Positions 1 to 8,894 of a stretch of 64,000 nt of DNA are shown here, in pieces. The translations under genes were made by a program, and so were the position numbers. Position 1 is the stretch's first letter. Each line of letters begins with the position of its first letter. The notes below the pieces were generated by a model. It was given only the letters and a program-made list of their open reading frames with translations, did not search any database and had not been told where the DNA came from. The stretch is from an uncultured Eubacteriales bacterium. GTDB taxonomy: Bacteria > Acidobacteriota > Aminicenantia > Aminicenantales > Aminicenantaceae. The stretch is from contig CAYSCS010000068.1 of assembly GCA_964429695.1 (NCBI GenBank), positions 15,352 through 79,351 on the forward strand. Direction: 5' to 3'.

Positions 1-207
1 ATCACTCAAGGTTCACGCGAAGCGATAGGTAAAAAGGCATTATACGAGCCAAGGAAAGAAACGATGGTTCTTCTGGGTAATCCAGTCTTGATCGATAAGG
101 ATAAGGGTAAGGTGGAGGGGGACAAATTGACTTTTCACCTCTCGGATGGTAGAATCGTCGTAGAAAATAAAGGAAAAGAAAGGTCTATAATTTTAATAAA
201 ATCGTGA
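1..207 (+). CDS. lptA: LptA/OstA-family periplasmic LPS-transport protein, C-terminal fragment (5' end outside window)
   Basis: Frame 1 is open from the window edge to TGA 205-207 (...GDKLTFHLSDGRIVVENKGKERSIILIKS*). It has OstA-like beta-strand character and sits directly upstream of lptB-rpoN. Confidence 0.55.
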   Translation: MTQGSREAIGKKALYEPRKETMVLLGNPVLIDKDKGKVEGDKLTFHLSDGRIVVENKGKERSIILIKS

Positions 208-210
208 AGA

Positions 211-939
211 ATGAAGGCTCAACTGGAAGCAATTGGATTAGAGAAGAGCTACGCAAAGAAGAAAGTCGTAGAGGATGTTTCTTTGACTGTCTCAAGGGAG
301 GAAATAGTTGGCCTCCTCGGTCCAAATGGGGCAGGAAAGACCACAACTTTTTCTCTTATTTTAGGGCTTGTTCCCCCAGATAAGGGAAAAATCTATTTAA
401 ATGGAGAAGACATCACCGAGCTTCCCATGTATCTAAAGGTACGGAAGGGACTCTGTCTTCTTCCTCAAGAGCCATCTGCCTTTAGAGGCCTCAGTGTGGA
501 AGAGAACCTCCTTGCAATAAGGGAAGCCTTTCGAAACTCTAATTCTTGGAGCTTCGAACCTCTAGAGAGAATTCTTGAGGAATTCGGTCTTGAAAAAGTA
601 GCTAAAAGCAAAGCCTATGCTCTCTCTGGAGGGGAAAGGCGAAGACTTGAAATTGCTCGAGCCTTGATTACAGATCCTGATTACATTCTTCTCGATGAAC
701 CCTTTACCGGGATTGACCCCTTAGGAGTAAATGACCTTCAGCAGTTAATCCTCAACCTTAAAAAGAAAGGCATCGGAATACTTGTCACCGACCATAGCGT
801 CAGAGAAACCCTTAAGATTACAGATAGAGCTTACATCATTGACAGAGGAAGAATCTTCAAGGAAGGAACCCCCCTGGAGTTAATAAACTCCGAGGAAGTC
901 AGAAGAAATTACTTGGGAGATTATTTCTCTCTTGATTAA
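211..939 (+). CDS. lptB: LPS export ABC transporter ATP-binding protein LptB
   Basis: Walker A GPNGAGKTT, ABC signature LSGGERRR, Walker B ILLDEP. Canonical position between lptA and rpoN. Confidence 0.9.
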   Translation: MKAQLEAIGLEKSYAKKKVVEDVSLTVSREEIVGLLGPNGAGKTTTFSLILGLVPPDKGKIYLNGEDITELPMYLKVRKGLCLLPQEPSAFRGLSVEENLLAIREAFRNSNSWSFEPLERILEEFGLEKVAKSKAYALSGGERRRLEIARALITDPDYILLDEPFTGIDPLGVNDLQQLILNLKKKGIGILVTDHSVRETLKITDRAYIIDRGRIFKEGTPLELINSEEVRRNYLGDYFSLD

Positions 940-966
940 GCCCGTAGACTTAATTCGAGTCTGAAA

Positions 967-2430
967 ATGTCTATCAAGCAACGTCTGGACCAGAGGCAGG
1001 TGCAAAAGCTCATCCTTGCACCTGCCCTCCAGCAGGCAATAAAACTCCTTCCCTTAACAAACCTGGAGCTGATTGAGATAATAGATTCAGAACTTTCCCA
1101 AAACCCTGTCCTCGAAATAGAAGAAGAACTGACAGAAAAAGAAGAGGTTGCGGATGAAAAAGAGAAGAAGGAACAAGAATGGCTGGAAGAAAAAAAAGAA
1201 GAGAGAGAAGAATTCTATCAAGAAGTAGGGTCTGAAGATAAAGATTTTGAATATTATTTTCAAGAATATTTTGATGAAGGGTTTCGTCCCTTTTCTTTTG
1301 AACAAAAAGAAACTCCGCCCTTAGAGAACATACTCTCGAAGAGCCCCTCACTTTGGGACCATCTTAACTGGCAGGCCAATTTGACCTTTTTCGACGAGGA
1401 AGAACGAAAAATTGCCCTGAATATTATAGGAAACTTGAATGAGGATGGATATCTTGTGGCTTCACCTGAAGAGATATCCCGTCTCACGGGTGCTTCTCTG
1501 GCTGAAGTAAACAAAATCAGGGAAAAAATAAAGAGGTTTGACCCAGTGGGAGTTGCTTCCTTAGACCTCAAAGAAGCTCTTCTGACTCAAATGGACTCCC
1601 TTGGAATAGATGATGAAATTGCAAGAAAAATCATAAGCAATAATCTCCACCATCTGGAAAAGTCAGATTTTCCAGGCTTGGCCCGAGAATTGGGAATTCC
1701 CCTCTCAGATATAAAGCATCATCTGGAAGTAATAAAAGCCTTAGACCCTGCGCCAGGGAGGAAATACAGCCAAGAGAAAACCTCATATGTCGTTCCCGAC
1801 ATTTTAGTTTCTAAGGAAGGAAATGAGTTAAAAATATCCCTTAATGATGAGGGCTTACCCCGCCTGAAAATAAACAGCTACTACCGAAGATTATTGAACC
1901 AAGCTTCTAAGGATAACCCCGAAGCCGTCAGGTATCTAAGAGAGAAGATGAAAAAGGCACTCTGGTTTTTAAAAAGCCTTGATCAGAGGAATCGAACAAT
2001 CTATAAAGTTGCTCAATACATAGTGGAAAAACAGAAAGAATTCATCGAAAAAGGGATTGAGTTTCTAAAACCCCTAACCTTAATGGAACTCGCCCAGGAA
2101 ATCGGAGTCCACGAATCTACCGTGGGCAGGGTTGTAGCTAACAAATACATCATGACACCTCAAGGCGTGTTTCCTCTCAAGTATTTCTTTCACAAATCAA
2201 TTCCCAGCGATTTTGGCGAAGAGGTCTCCTCTTTGAGGATAAAGGAAAAAATAAAGAAACTCATCGAAAATGAGGATAGAAAGCTCCCCCTGAGTGACAT
2301 CGAAATTGAGAAAATTCTGGCAAAAGAAAATCTGAGAATAGCTCGCCGAACTATTGCTAAATACAGGAATCAATTGAAGATCCTCCCTTCTCATATAAGG
2401 AAGAAAAAATACATGATGGAGGAAGGATAA
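967..2430 (+). CDS. rpoN: RNA polymerase sigma-54 factor
   Basis: Region I (QRQVQKLILAPALQQAIKLL), acidic region II (EEELTEKEEVADEKEKKEQE...), C-terminal RpoN box ARRTIAKYR. Confidence 0.95.
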   Translation: MSIKQRLDQRQVQKLILAPALQQAIKLLPLTNLELIEIIDSELSQNPVLEIEEELTEKEEVADEKEKKEQEWLEEKKEEREEFYQEVGSEDKDFEYYFQEYFDEGFRPFSFEQKETPPLENILSKSPSLWDHLNWQANLTFFDEEERKIALNIIGNLNEDGYLVASPEEISRLTGASLAEVNKIREKIKRFDPVGVASLDLKEALLTQMDSLGIDDEIARKIISNNLHHLEKSDFPGLARELGIPLSDIKHHLEVIKALDPAPGRKYSQEKTSYVVPDILVSKEGNELKISLNDEGLPRLKINSYYRRLLNQASKDNPEAVRYLREKMKKALWFLKSLDQRNRTIYKVAQYIVEKQKEFIEKGIEFLKPLTLMELAQEIGVHESTVGRVVANKYIMTPQGVFPLKYFFHKSIPSDFGEEVSSLRIKEKIKKLIENEDRKLPLSDIEIEKILAKENLRIARRTIAKYRNQLKILPSHIRKKKYMMEEG

Positions 2431-2954
2431 TGGGCCTAAATCTTAAGACTCGCCGAGCAAATCTCACTCCAGAGATAGAGAAGTATTGCGAAAAGAGGCT
2501 AAGACGGCTGGAAAGACTCATAGGACAGCCAATCGGAGTTGATGTTTTACTTGGAATCGAAAAAGGTAGAAGCAAGGTTGAAATCAATGTGAAAACAAAA
2601 AAATCCTCTTTCAATACCATAGAAGAAACCCACGACATGTCAACTTCCCTAACCCTCGCCTTCGACAATATCGAAAAAAGAATAAAAAAAGAAAAAGAAA
2701 AAATCAGGGAAAAGAAAAGGAGAAAAAATCGAGTGGCTAAACCTTTCCCCATTTCTCTCCAAGAAAAAGAAGAGGCAATCCCTATCGCAAGATACAGGGA
2801 TTACTCTCTGAAACCGATGCCGCTTGAGGAAGCACTCCAGCAATTTAGGCTGAATAGAAAAGAAATCTTCGCTTTCAAGACTATTGAGACGGAAAAGTGG
2901 GCCGTGCTTTTCAGAAAGAAGGACGGAAATGTGGGACTCATGGAATTAGAATGA
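2430..2954 (+). CDS. hpf: ribosome hibernation promoting factor (long HPF / sigma-54 modulation protein)
   Basis: RaiA/S30AE-like N-terminal half, K/E-rich linker, C-terminal long-HPF domain (YSLKPMPLEEALQQF...). Its ATG overlaps the rpoN stop by 1 nt. Confidence 0.85.
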   Translation: MGLNLKTRRANLTPEIEKYCEKRLRRLERLIGQPIGVDVLLGIEKGRSKVEINVKTKKSSFNTIEETHDMSTSLTLAFDNIEKRIKKEKEKIREKKRRKNRVAKPFPISLQEKEEAIPIARYRDYSLKPMPLEEALQQFRLNRKEIFAFKTIETEKWAVLFRKKDGNVGLMELE

Positions 2955-2978
2955 TCTTCTTAAAAGGAAAGTGAAAAA

Positions 2979-3449
2979 TTGAAAATACACAATTTCTTAA
3001 GCCAAGAGATGGTTATACCTGACCTTGTAAGTAGAGATAGAGAGGGTGTTTTGAGGGAAATGGTTCTCTATCTCAAGAAGAAAAACTACGTCTCCAAGGA
3101 AAAACAGCTTTATGAGAAGCTCCTGCAAAGGGAAAATCTGGGAAGCACAGCAATCGCAGATGGAATTGCCATACCTCATTGTAAATTCAAGGGTGTGAAG
3201 AATGCCCTCGTCTTACTTGCCATTTCCAGGCAAGGAGTCAATTTCAATTCTCTGGATGGCAAACCATCTCACCTTTTCTTCCTTGTCATCTCTTCTCCTG
3301 ACAACCCCAGCCTGAATCTCCAGATTCTTGCAGCAATAGCCTGCCTCGTGCGTAAGGCTCCCTCCTTAAGGGAAAAGATACTAGGCGCAGAAAATAAAGA
3401 AATGATTCTTAATATCATCCGCGAGGAAGAAGAAAAAATAGATGAATAA
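2979..3449 (+). CDS. ptsN: PTS EIIA-Ntr (nitrogen regulatory IIA)
   Basis: EIIA type-2 fold with phosphorylatable His in GIAIPHCK. TTG start preceded by AGGAAAG. Position after rpoN-hpf. Confidence 0.8.
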   Translation: MKIHNFLSQEMVIPDLVSRDREGVLREMVLYLKKKNYVSKEKQLYEKLLQRENLGSTAIADGIAIPHCKFKGVKNALVLLAISRQGVNFNSLDGKPSHLFFLVISSPDNPSLNLQILAAIACLVRKAPSLREKILGAENKEMILNIIREEEEKIDE

Positions 3450-4353
3450 TGAAAGTAGTCAATCTTTCGCTGGAAGCAATTTCTACAAGAAATTAAAGAA
3501 ATCCCTTAAGCTTACTCCCGTTGTTGGATTAGCTGAATTTAAGAGAAGACTCAATCTCTATGGGCTGAAAAAATGCTCACTCGGGGTGAAGGTCTGGGGT
3601 AAAAAAGAAATGACGAGACTCGAAGCTCTCTCTACTGAAGAAAAAGAGAGGTTCTTGAGAAGGAGGATGAAAAAGGAAGTTCTCTGCCTTATTGTTGCAG
3701 ACAATCTATCTTTTCTAAAAGAAATCAAGGATGAAGCAAAAAAAAGAGCCATCTCCCTCTTTCTCTCTCCCCTTCCCCAGAAAAAATGTCGTCAGGAACT
3801 CGATGGACTGATTAGGAAATTTTCCCTTCAGACATGCCTGATTTCAGGTGGATTGCTTCAGATTTTCGGCTTGGGAGTTCTCATCATTGGAGATAGCGGG
3901 ATAGGAAAGAGCGAAAGTGCCCTAGAACTCATCTCTAGGGGGCATCTTTTTGTCTCAGATGATGTAGTCTCCATCAAAGTCGTAGAAAACAAGCTATTTG
4001 GAGAAGCTCCTCCCCTCAGTCGATACTTCATGGAGATAAGAGGTCTGGGAATCATCAACATCAGAGAAATCTTCGGCCCCAAGGCGGTGCTGGAGCACAC
4101 AGAAATAAACCTTGTCATCCATCTGAAAAAGTGGGAAAGAGGAAAAGAATATGATAGGCTTGGACTCGAATTTTCAGAAAATTATAAGGTCTTGGAATAC
4201 AATCTTCCCCAGATAAGCATCCCCGTGGCACCGGGAAGAAATATCGCCACTCTGATTGAAGTCGCCTGTAAGGTTCATATCCTGAGAGAAAAGGGATATC
4301 TAGCCTCTAGAGAAATAGATAAAAAATTGAGGCGCGCACTTTCAACACCTTGA
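3442..4353 (+). CDS. hprK: HPr kinase/phosphorylase
   Basis: P-loop GDSGIGKSE and C-terminal HprK signature region (EIRGLGIINIREIFG). Overlaps ptsN by 8 nt. Confidence 0.9.
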   Translation: MNNESSQSFAGSNFYKKLKKSLKLTPVVGLAEFKRRLNLYGLKKCSLGVKVWGKKEMTRLEALSTEEKERFLRRRMKKEVLCLIVADNLSFLKEIKDEAKKRAISLFLSPLPQKKCRQELDGLIRKFSLQTCLISGGLLQIFGLGVLIIGDSGIGKSESALELISRGHLFVSDDVVSIKVVENKLFGEAPPLSRYFMEIRGLGIINIREIFGPKAVLEHTEINLVIHLKKWERGKEYDRLGLEFSENYKVLEYNLPQISIPVAPGRNIATLIEVACKVHILREKGYLASREIDKKLRRALSTP

Positions 4354-5225
4354 AAGAAAAAAAGATTTACCAGGAAAACAGATTCCTCATCATCACCGGT
4401 CTCTCAGGCTCGGGGAAGACCACGGTGAGTCGTTTTCTAGAAGACATGGGATATTATTGTATGGATAATCTCCCCACCAAGCTCATCCCGAATTTTGTAG
4501 ACCTGTGGATGAGAAGAGAGGTGGAAATAGGAAATGTGGCCCTTGTAGTCGACATCCGGGAAGCACGCTTTACGAAAGAATTCCCCAAAGTACTGGAGGA
4601 AATTCGCCAAAAAATTTCCCCAAAAATAATCTTTCTTGAAGCCTCAGATGAAACCCTTGTTAAGAGATTCAAGGAAACGAGAAGGCCACACCCCCTTGCC
4701 AAAAGGAAATCTGTGCTGGAAAGCGTCGCTCTGGAAAGAAAGCGTCTTGAAGGGATAAAGAAGCTGGCGGATGAAGTAATAGATACGACAAACATAAATG
4801 TCTGGGAGTTGAAAAAATTTTTGACCTCAAGGCTTCTAAAAATAAAAGCCCAGAAGCTTCAAATCCTAATCACCAGTTTCGGCTATAAATACGGCATCCC
4901 CTTAGATTCTGACCTTGTCTTCGATACCAGATTCCTACCTAATCCATTTTATATCGACAAGCTAAGAGAAAAGACAGGGAAAAATCCCTCGGTCAAGGCC
5001 TATGTGCTCGAAGCTGAGGAAACCAAGGAATTCCTTGCTGAATTATTCCGTTTTGTTGAGTTTCTCCTGCCTAAATTTATCGAAGAAGGAAAGAGCTTTC
5101 TAAATATCTCCATAGGATGCACAGGGGGGAAGCACAGGGCGGTCGTTCTTGCAGAGGCACTGAAGGATTATCTCAAGGAAAAGAATTTCCCCACAAGAAT
5201 CTACCACCGTGATATCTATAAATAG
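4350..5225 (+). CDS. rapZ: RNase adapter protein RapZ (YhbJ family P-loop protein)
   Basis: N-terminal P-loop GLSGSGKTT and C-terminal IGCTGGKHRAV motif. TTG start overlaps the hprK stop (cTTGAa). Confidence 0.85.
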   Translation: MKEKKIYQENRFLIITGLSGSGKTTVSRFLEDMGYYCMDNLPTKLIPNFVDLWMRREVEIGNVALVVDIREARFTKEFPKVLEEIRQKISPKIIFLEASDETLVKRFKETRRPHPLAKRKSVLESVALERKRLEGIKKLADEVIDTTNINVWELKKFLTSRLLKIKAQKLQILITSFGYKYGIPLDSDLVFDTRFLPNPFYIDKLREKTGKNPSVKAYVLEAEETKEFLAELFRFVEFLLPKFIEEGKSFLNISIGCTGGKHRAVVLAEALKDYLKEKNFPTRIYHRDIYK

Positions 5226-5329
5226 TTCGACTCATAGAAATTCCTCAAACTCAGGTTTAAAACCATGTTTATTCTCTTGCAATTAAGTGGTAAAATACAT
5301 TCAAAAATCAATAATTTGAAAAGCGAAAG

Positions 5330-5734
5330 ATGATTGGCGGAATCATTGTCTCCCACGGAAAGCTGGCAGAAGAACTTCTCAATGCGCTGACCATAATCCT
5401 GGGAGAAGTTGTCAACATCGAAGCGATTTCCATAGGCTGGTATGATGACGTCGAAGAATCAAGAAAAAAGATTAACCAGAGCCTGAAGCGGGTCGACCAG
5501 AAGAATGGAGTGATAATCTTCACTGATATGTTTGGAGGGACTCCTTCCAATCTGAGCTTCAGCTTTTTAAAAGATAATCAAGTTGAAATTATTACTGGTG
5601 TAAATCTGCCCATGCTGATAAAGTTTGTTTCTCTACAGAGGAGCCACAATCTAAAAGAAGTTGCAAGAAAGGTTGTTGAACAGGGCAAGAAGAATATTCA
5701 TCTCGCAAGCGCTCTGCTCAATTCAAAACATTAA
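5330..5734 (+). CDS. PTS EIIA component, mannose/fructose family
   Basis: N-terminus MIGGIIVSHGKLAEEL with the conserved His10 of EIIA-Man; about 134 aa. Confidence 0.75.
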   Translation: MIGGIIVSHGKLAEELLNALTIILGEVVNIEAISIGWYDDVEESRKKINQSLKRVDQKNGVIIFTDMFGGTPSNLSFSFLKDNQVEIITGVNLPMLIKFVSLQRSHNLKEVARKVVEQGKKNIHLASALLNSKH

Positions 5735-5750
5735 AGCTATCTTCCTGAAA

Positions 5751-6020
5751 ATGGTTGAAAAAAAAGTCAAAATCAAAAACAAATTAGGATTACACGCTCG
5801 AGCTGCCGTGAAATTTGTAAATCTGGCCAATCGCTTTCGATCCTCTGTCAGAATTGAAAAGGATGGAAACGAAGTTGATGGAAAGAGCATCCTGGGAATA
5901 CTTACCCTGGCAGCTGTTCAGGGAACAGAACTCATTCTGAAGGTTTCAGGTAAAGATGAAGAAGGAGCACTCAAGGCTTTGGTCGCTCTCGTGAATAATA
6001 AATTCGATGAGAAAGAATAG
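5751..6020 (+). CDS. ptsH: phosphocarrier protein HPr
   Basis: 89 aa from ATG 5751. His15 motif GLHARAA and Ser46 motif GKSILG are both present. The track ORF start at 5661 overlaps the preceding gene and is rejected. Confidence 0.9.
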   Translation: MVEKKVKIKNKLGLHARAAVKFVNLANRFRSSVRIEKDGNEVDGKSILGILTLAAVQGTELILKVSGKDEEGALKALVALVNNKFDEKE

Positions 6021-6026
6021 AAATCG

Positions 6027-7790
6027 ATGGAGTATTTCAGATTAAGAGGAATTGGAGTCTCACCGGGAATAGCAATAGGTGAGGCCTGTCTTACTGAAAG
6101 AGTCGTTTTCACTTCGAGAAAGAAGACAATCTCTGCGGATGAGGTTCCAATAGAGCTTACAAGGCTGAGAAACGCCTTTAAAGAAACTAAGAATCAGCTT
6201 ACTCAGATAAAAGAGAAGATAAAAGAAATAAGCGGGGAGGAACATTCGTTCATTTTCGAGGCTCACCTCCTCATTCTCGAAGACCAATCCCTCTTCTCCA
6301 GCATCGAAAAAACAATCGTAAGGGATAAGGCAAACGCAGAATGGGCAATCTCTAGAGTGCATGATAAATACAAAGAACTCTTTGAGTCTTTGAGCGATGA
6401 ATATTTTAAACAGAGACTTTCCGATGTTTCTGATGTATTGACAAGAATATATAAGAATCTTGAACCCGAAGAAGAGAAAAAGGGGGACGACGATTCAGAA
6501 AAAATATTGGTGGCTCATGACCTTCTTCCTTCTGAGGCTGCCTTGACTCTAAGCAGAGGAAATACTCTGGCAGTAGCCATGGACATGGGAGGCCAGACTT
6601 CTCATACAGCAATCCTTGCCCGCTCTCTTAATATCCCCGCCGTGGTTGCACTGCGAGAAATAACCCAGAAAGTAAGGAATGGGGATGTTTTGATTGTCGA
6701 TGGAACCGACGGTGAGGTAATCATTAACCCACCGCCTGCAATAAAAAGAGAATTCTTGAGCAAGAAGAAGAAGTATGATGATTATCGAAAAGAATTGCGG
6801 AAAATAGCCAAACTTAAGTCTATGACTCTGGATGAGGTTAAATTTTTTCCGCTTGCGAACATAGAGCTCCCAGAGGAGGTAGGTCTTGCTTTCTCCCTCG
6901 GTGCCGAAGGAATAGGTTTATTTCGTTCAGAGTTTCTCTATCTCCAGAGAACCTCCCTTCCCAGTGAAGAAGACCACTTCCAAATTTATTCACGAATCGC
7001 AAGAGATGCCTATCCCTCCCCTGTCTACCTCAGAACCGTTGATGTTGGAGGGGAGAAAAACCTGCCCCAGCTGAAGGTTGAGAAGGAACCAAATCCAGCT
7101 CTCGGACTGAGGGCAGTCCGTCTTTCATTGAGGGATAAGGAGCTCTTCAAGACCCAGATCAGGGCTATCTTGAGAGCAAGCTTGATGAAAAATGTGAGGA
7201 TTATGATTCCGATGATTACCGAGGTTGAAGAGATAGAAGAAGTGAAGCTCATCTTGCGAGAAGTGAAGGAAGAGCTGAGGCTGAAAAGAGTCAAGTTCGA
7301 TGAAAATATACCTCTCGGAGTGATGATTGAAGTTCCTGCAGCTGCGGCTTTAACCGATATTCTTATCAGGGAAGTGGATTATATAAGCATTGGAACAAAT
7401 GACCTTATTCAGTATTATCTTGCAGTCGATAGGTCCAACGAGCTTGTTTCCTATCTCTATAAACCCCTCCATCCTTCAGTTTTAAGGCTTCTGCGCTTCA
7501 TCATTACCACAGCTGAAAAAGAGGGGAAGGAAGTAACAGTCTGCGGAGAGATGGCCGCAGACCCTCTTTCTGCACTGGTCCTCCTTGGATTTGGTTTAAA
7601 GAAGTTTAGCATGAATCCGATCTTCATTCCCAGAGTCAAAAGCACACTGCGCTCTGTAGAATACAGGGGCATTCGAAATATCGTAAGGAAAGCAATCACC
7701 TTGAGGACTGCCCAGGAGATTGAAGAATATCTTTTAGAAAAGGTGTTGCTCAAGTACCCCAAGGCTTTTTTGATGAATCAAGTCAAATAA
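6027..7790 (+). CDS. ptsI: phosphoenolpyruvate-protein phosphotransferase (Enzyme I)
   Basis: Phospho-His region GGQTSHTAILARSLNIPAVV and PEP-utilising C-terminal domain (IGTNDLIQY, CGEMA). Confidence 0.95.
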   Translation: MEYFRLRGIGVSPGIAIGEACLTERVVFTSRKKTISADEVPIELTRLRNAFKETKNQLTQIKEKIKEISGEEHSFIFEAHLLILEDQSLFSSIEKTIVRDKANAEWAISRVHDKYKELFESLSDEYFKQRLSDVSDVLTRIYKNLEPEEEKKGDDDSEKILVAHDLLPSEAALTLSRGNTLAVAMDMGGQTSHTAILARSLNIPAVVALREITQKVRNGDVLIVDGTDGEVIINPPPAIKREFLSKKKKYDDYRKELRKIAKLKSMTLDEVKFFPLANIELPEEVGLAFSLGAEGIGLFRSEFLYLQRTSLPSEEDHFQIYSRIARDAYPSPVYLRTVDVGGEKNLPQLKVEKEPNPALGLRAVRLSLRDKELFKTQIRAILRASLMKNVRIMIPMITEVEEIEEVKLILREVKEELRLKRVKFDENIPLGVMIEVPAAAALTDILIREVDYISIGTNDLIQYYLAVDRSNELVSYLYKPLHPSVLRLLRFIITTAEKEGKEVTVCGEMAADPLSALVLLGFGLKKFSMNPIFIPRVKSTLRSVEYRGIRNIVRKAITLRTAQEIEEYLLEKVLLKYPKAFLMNQVK

Positions 7791-7815
7791 TCCTCTAAGA
7801 AATTTCGGCCCAATT

Positions 7816-8628
7816 TTAAGAGGATTTCTGAGCTAAACCTTCTTCTAAAGATTTGAAAAGGCCGACAAATTGAGAAAGTGAAACCTGCTCAGGACGCGCA
7901 TTCTCTTCTATTCTGTATTTATGGAATATTTCTTTCATCCCTAAATCTGGAGAAAACATCCTGGCTTCTTTGAGGTTGTTTAAGAGTTTCTTTCTTCTCT
8001 GTTTAAAGCAGAACCTTAGAAAAATTAAAAAAGAACAAACATCTACTGCATAAAGAGGGCGCTTTCTTTTCTTAAGGGAAATCAAAGCCGAATCCACTTT
8101 GGGTGGAGGCAAGAAGCATGAAGGAGGGACAATGAAATGAAGTCTCGTGAAGAATTCATTCTGGATGAGGATGGAGAGAGGCGCGTATCTTTTTGAGCCG
8201 GGCTCGGCACAAACCCTTTCTGCCACTTCTTTCTGGAGAAGAAATACACACTCAGAGATGACCTCTTTCTCTTCCAAGATTCTAAAGAGAATGGGGGAGG
8301 AAATGGAGTAAGGAAGGTTCCCAACGATTTTGACACTCTTTCCACTTGAAAGGCTTTTAAAATTGAGTTTAAGAACATCTTCATTGATTATCTCAACTTT
8401 GGGATAGCCTAGGGCTTCAAGATGGGGAATGAGTTCTCTGTCTTTTTCGATGGCAATCACCCGAGCCCCTCTTTGGGCAAGGTACCGGGTCAGAGCTCCT
8501 TTTCCTGCTCCTATTTCGATAACGAGCTCCTCATCTTGGGGATTGATGATGTGAACTATATTTTTGAGGATTCTCCTTTCCTTAAGAAAATGTTGTCCGA
8601 GAGTTTTTCTTTTTGCTCTTTTCATCAT
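7816..8628 (-). CDS. rsmA: 16S rRNA (adenine1518/1519-N6)-dimethyltransferase
   Basis: KsgA N-terminus KKTLGQHFL and SAM-binding motif VIEIGAGKGALT. Confidence 0.9.
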   Translation of the reverse strand: MMKRAKRKTLGQHFLKERRILKNIVHIINPQDEELVIEIGAGKGALTRYLAQRGARVIAIEKDRELIPHLEALGYPKVEIINEDVLKLNFKSLSSGKSVKIVGNLPYSISSPILFRILEEKEVISECVFLLQKEVAERVCAEPGSKRYAPLSILIQNEFFTRLHFIVPPSCFLPPPKVDSALISLKKRKRPLYAVDVCSFLIFLRFCFKQRRKKLLNNLKEARMFSPDLGMKEIFHKYRIEENARPEQVSLSQFVGLFKSLEEGLAQKSS

Positions 8629-8768
8629 TATTTTCTTTAAAGTAAATAAATTCTTTCCCTCAAAAACTCTGCTTTAAAGAATATCAGGAGAGGAAAATTT
8701 TGTCGACGTCTTGCAGAAAATTTTCTTTTCGAAAAGATTGCAAAGCTAAAAATAACCTCAAAAGATGA

Positions 8769-8797
8769 TTGTCTCCTAAAAATTTTTCTGTTATAAA
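8769..8797 (+). promoter_or_regulatory. predicted sigma-70-type promoter (TTGTCT / 17 nt / TGtTATAAA) for the 8895 secreted-protein gene
   Basis: Hexamers read directly: -35 at 8769-8774, -10 at 8792-8797 with an upstream TG. About 95 nt upstream of ATG 8895. Confidence 0.4.
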
Positions 8798-8894
8798 ATA
8801 GGCGCGCCAAAGATGAGAAACATAAAATTCTGATGCATAAACTATAAACCTGGAGTATATGGCTAACTCTAATTTCCTGAAATAAAGGAGTATC

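Noticed and set aside
1010-1571. Nested minus-strand ORFs (113, 72 and 103 aa) inside rpoN. Many similar antisense track ORFs also occur, for example 2357-2752, 12469-12858, 41231-41656, 42258-42674, 58259-58669 and 62761-63273.
   Set aside because: All lie antisense to genes with strong family motifs. Their translations are low-complexity (poly-F/L/S/K mirrors of K/E-rich sense codons). None has an SD or a recognisable domain. They are shadow ORFs typical of AT-rich, purine-skewed coding strands.
5661-5750. Long 5' extensions offered by the ORF track for ptsH (5661), the SDR (25264), tolQ (44908), ktrB (45112), xseA (62170), dxs (59728), tlyA (57656) and ricT (53831).
   Set aside because: The extensions overlap the preceding gene or a predicted promoter. 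They add residues not seen at the N-termini of these families. An internal ATG reproduces the canonical N-terminus.
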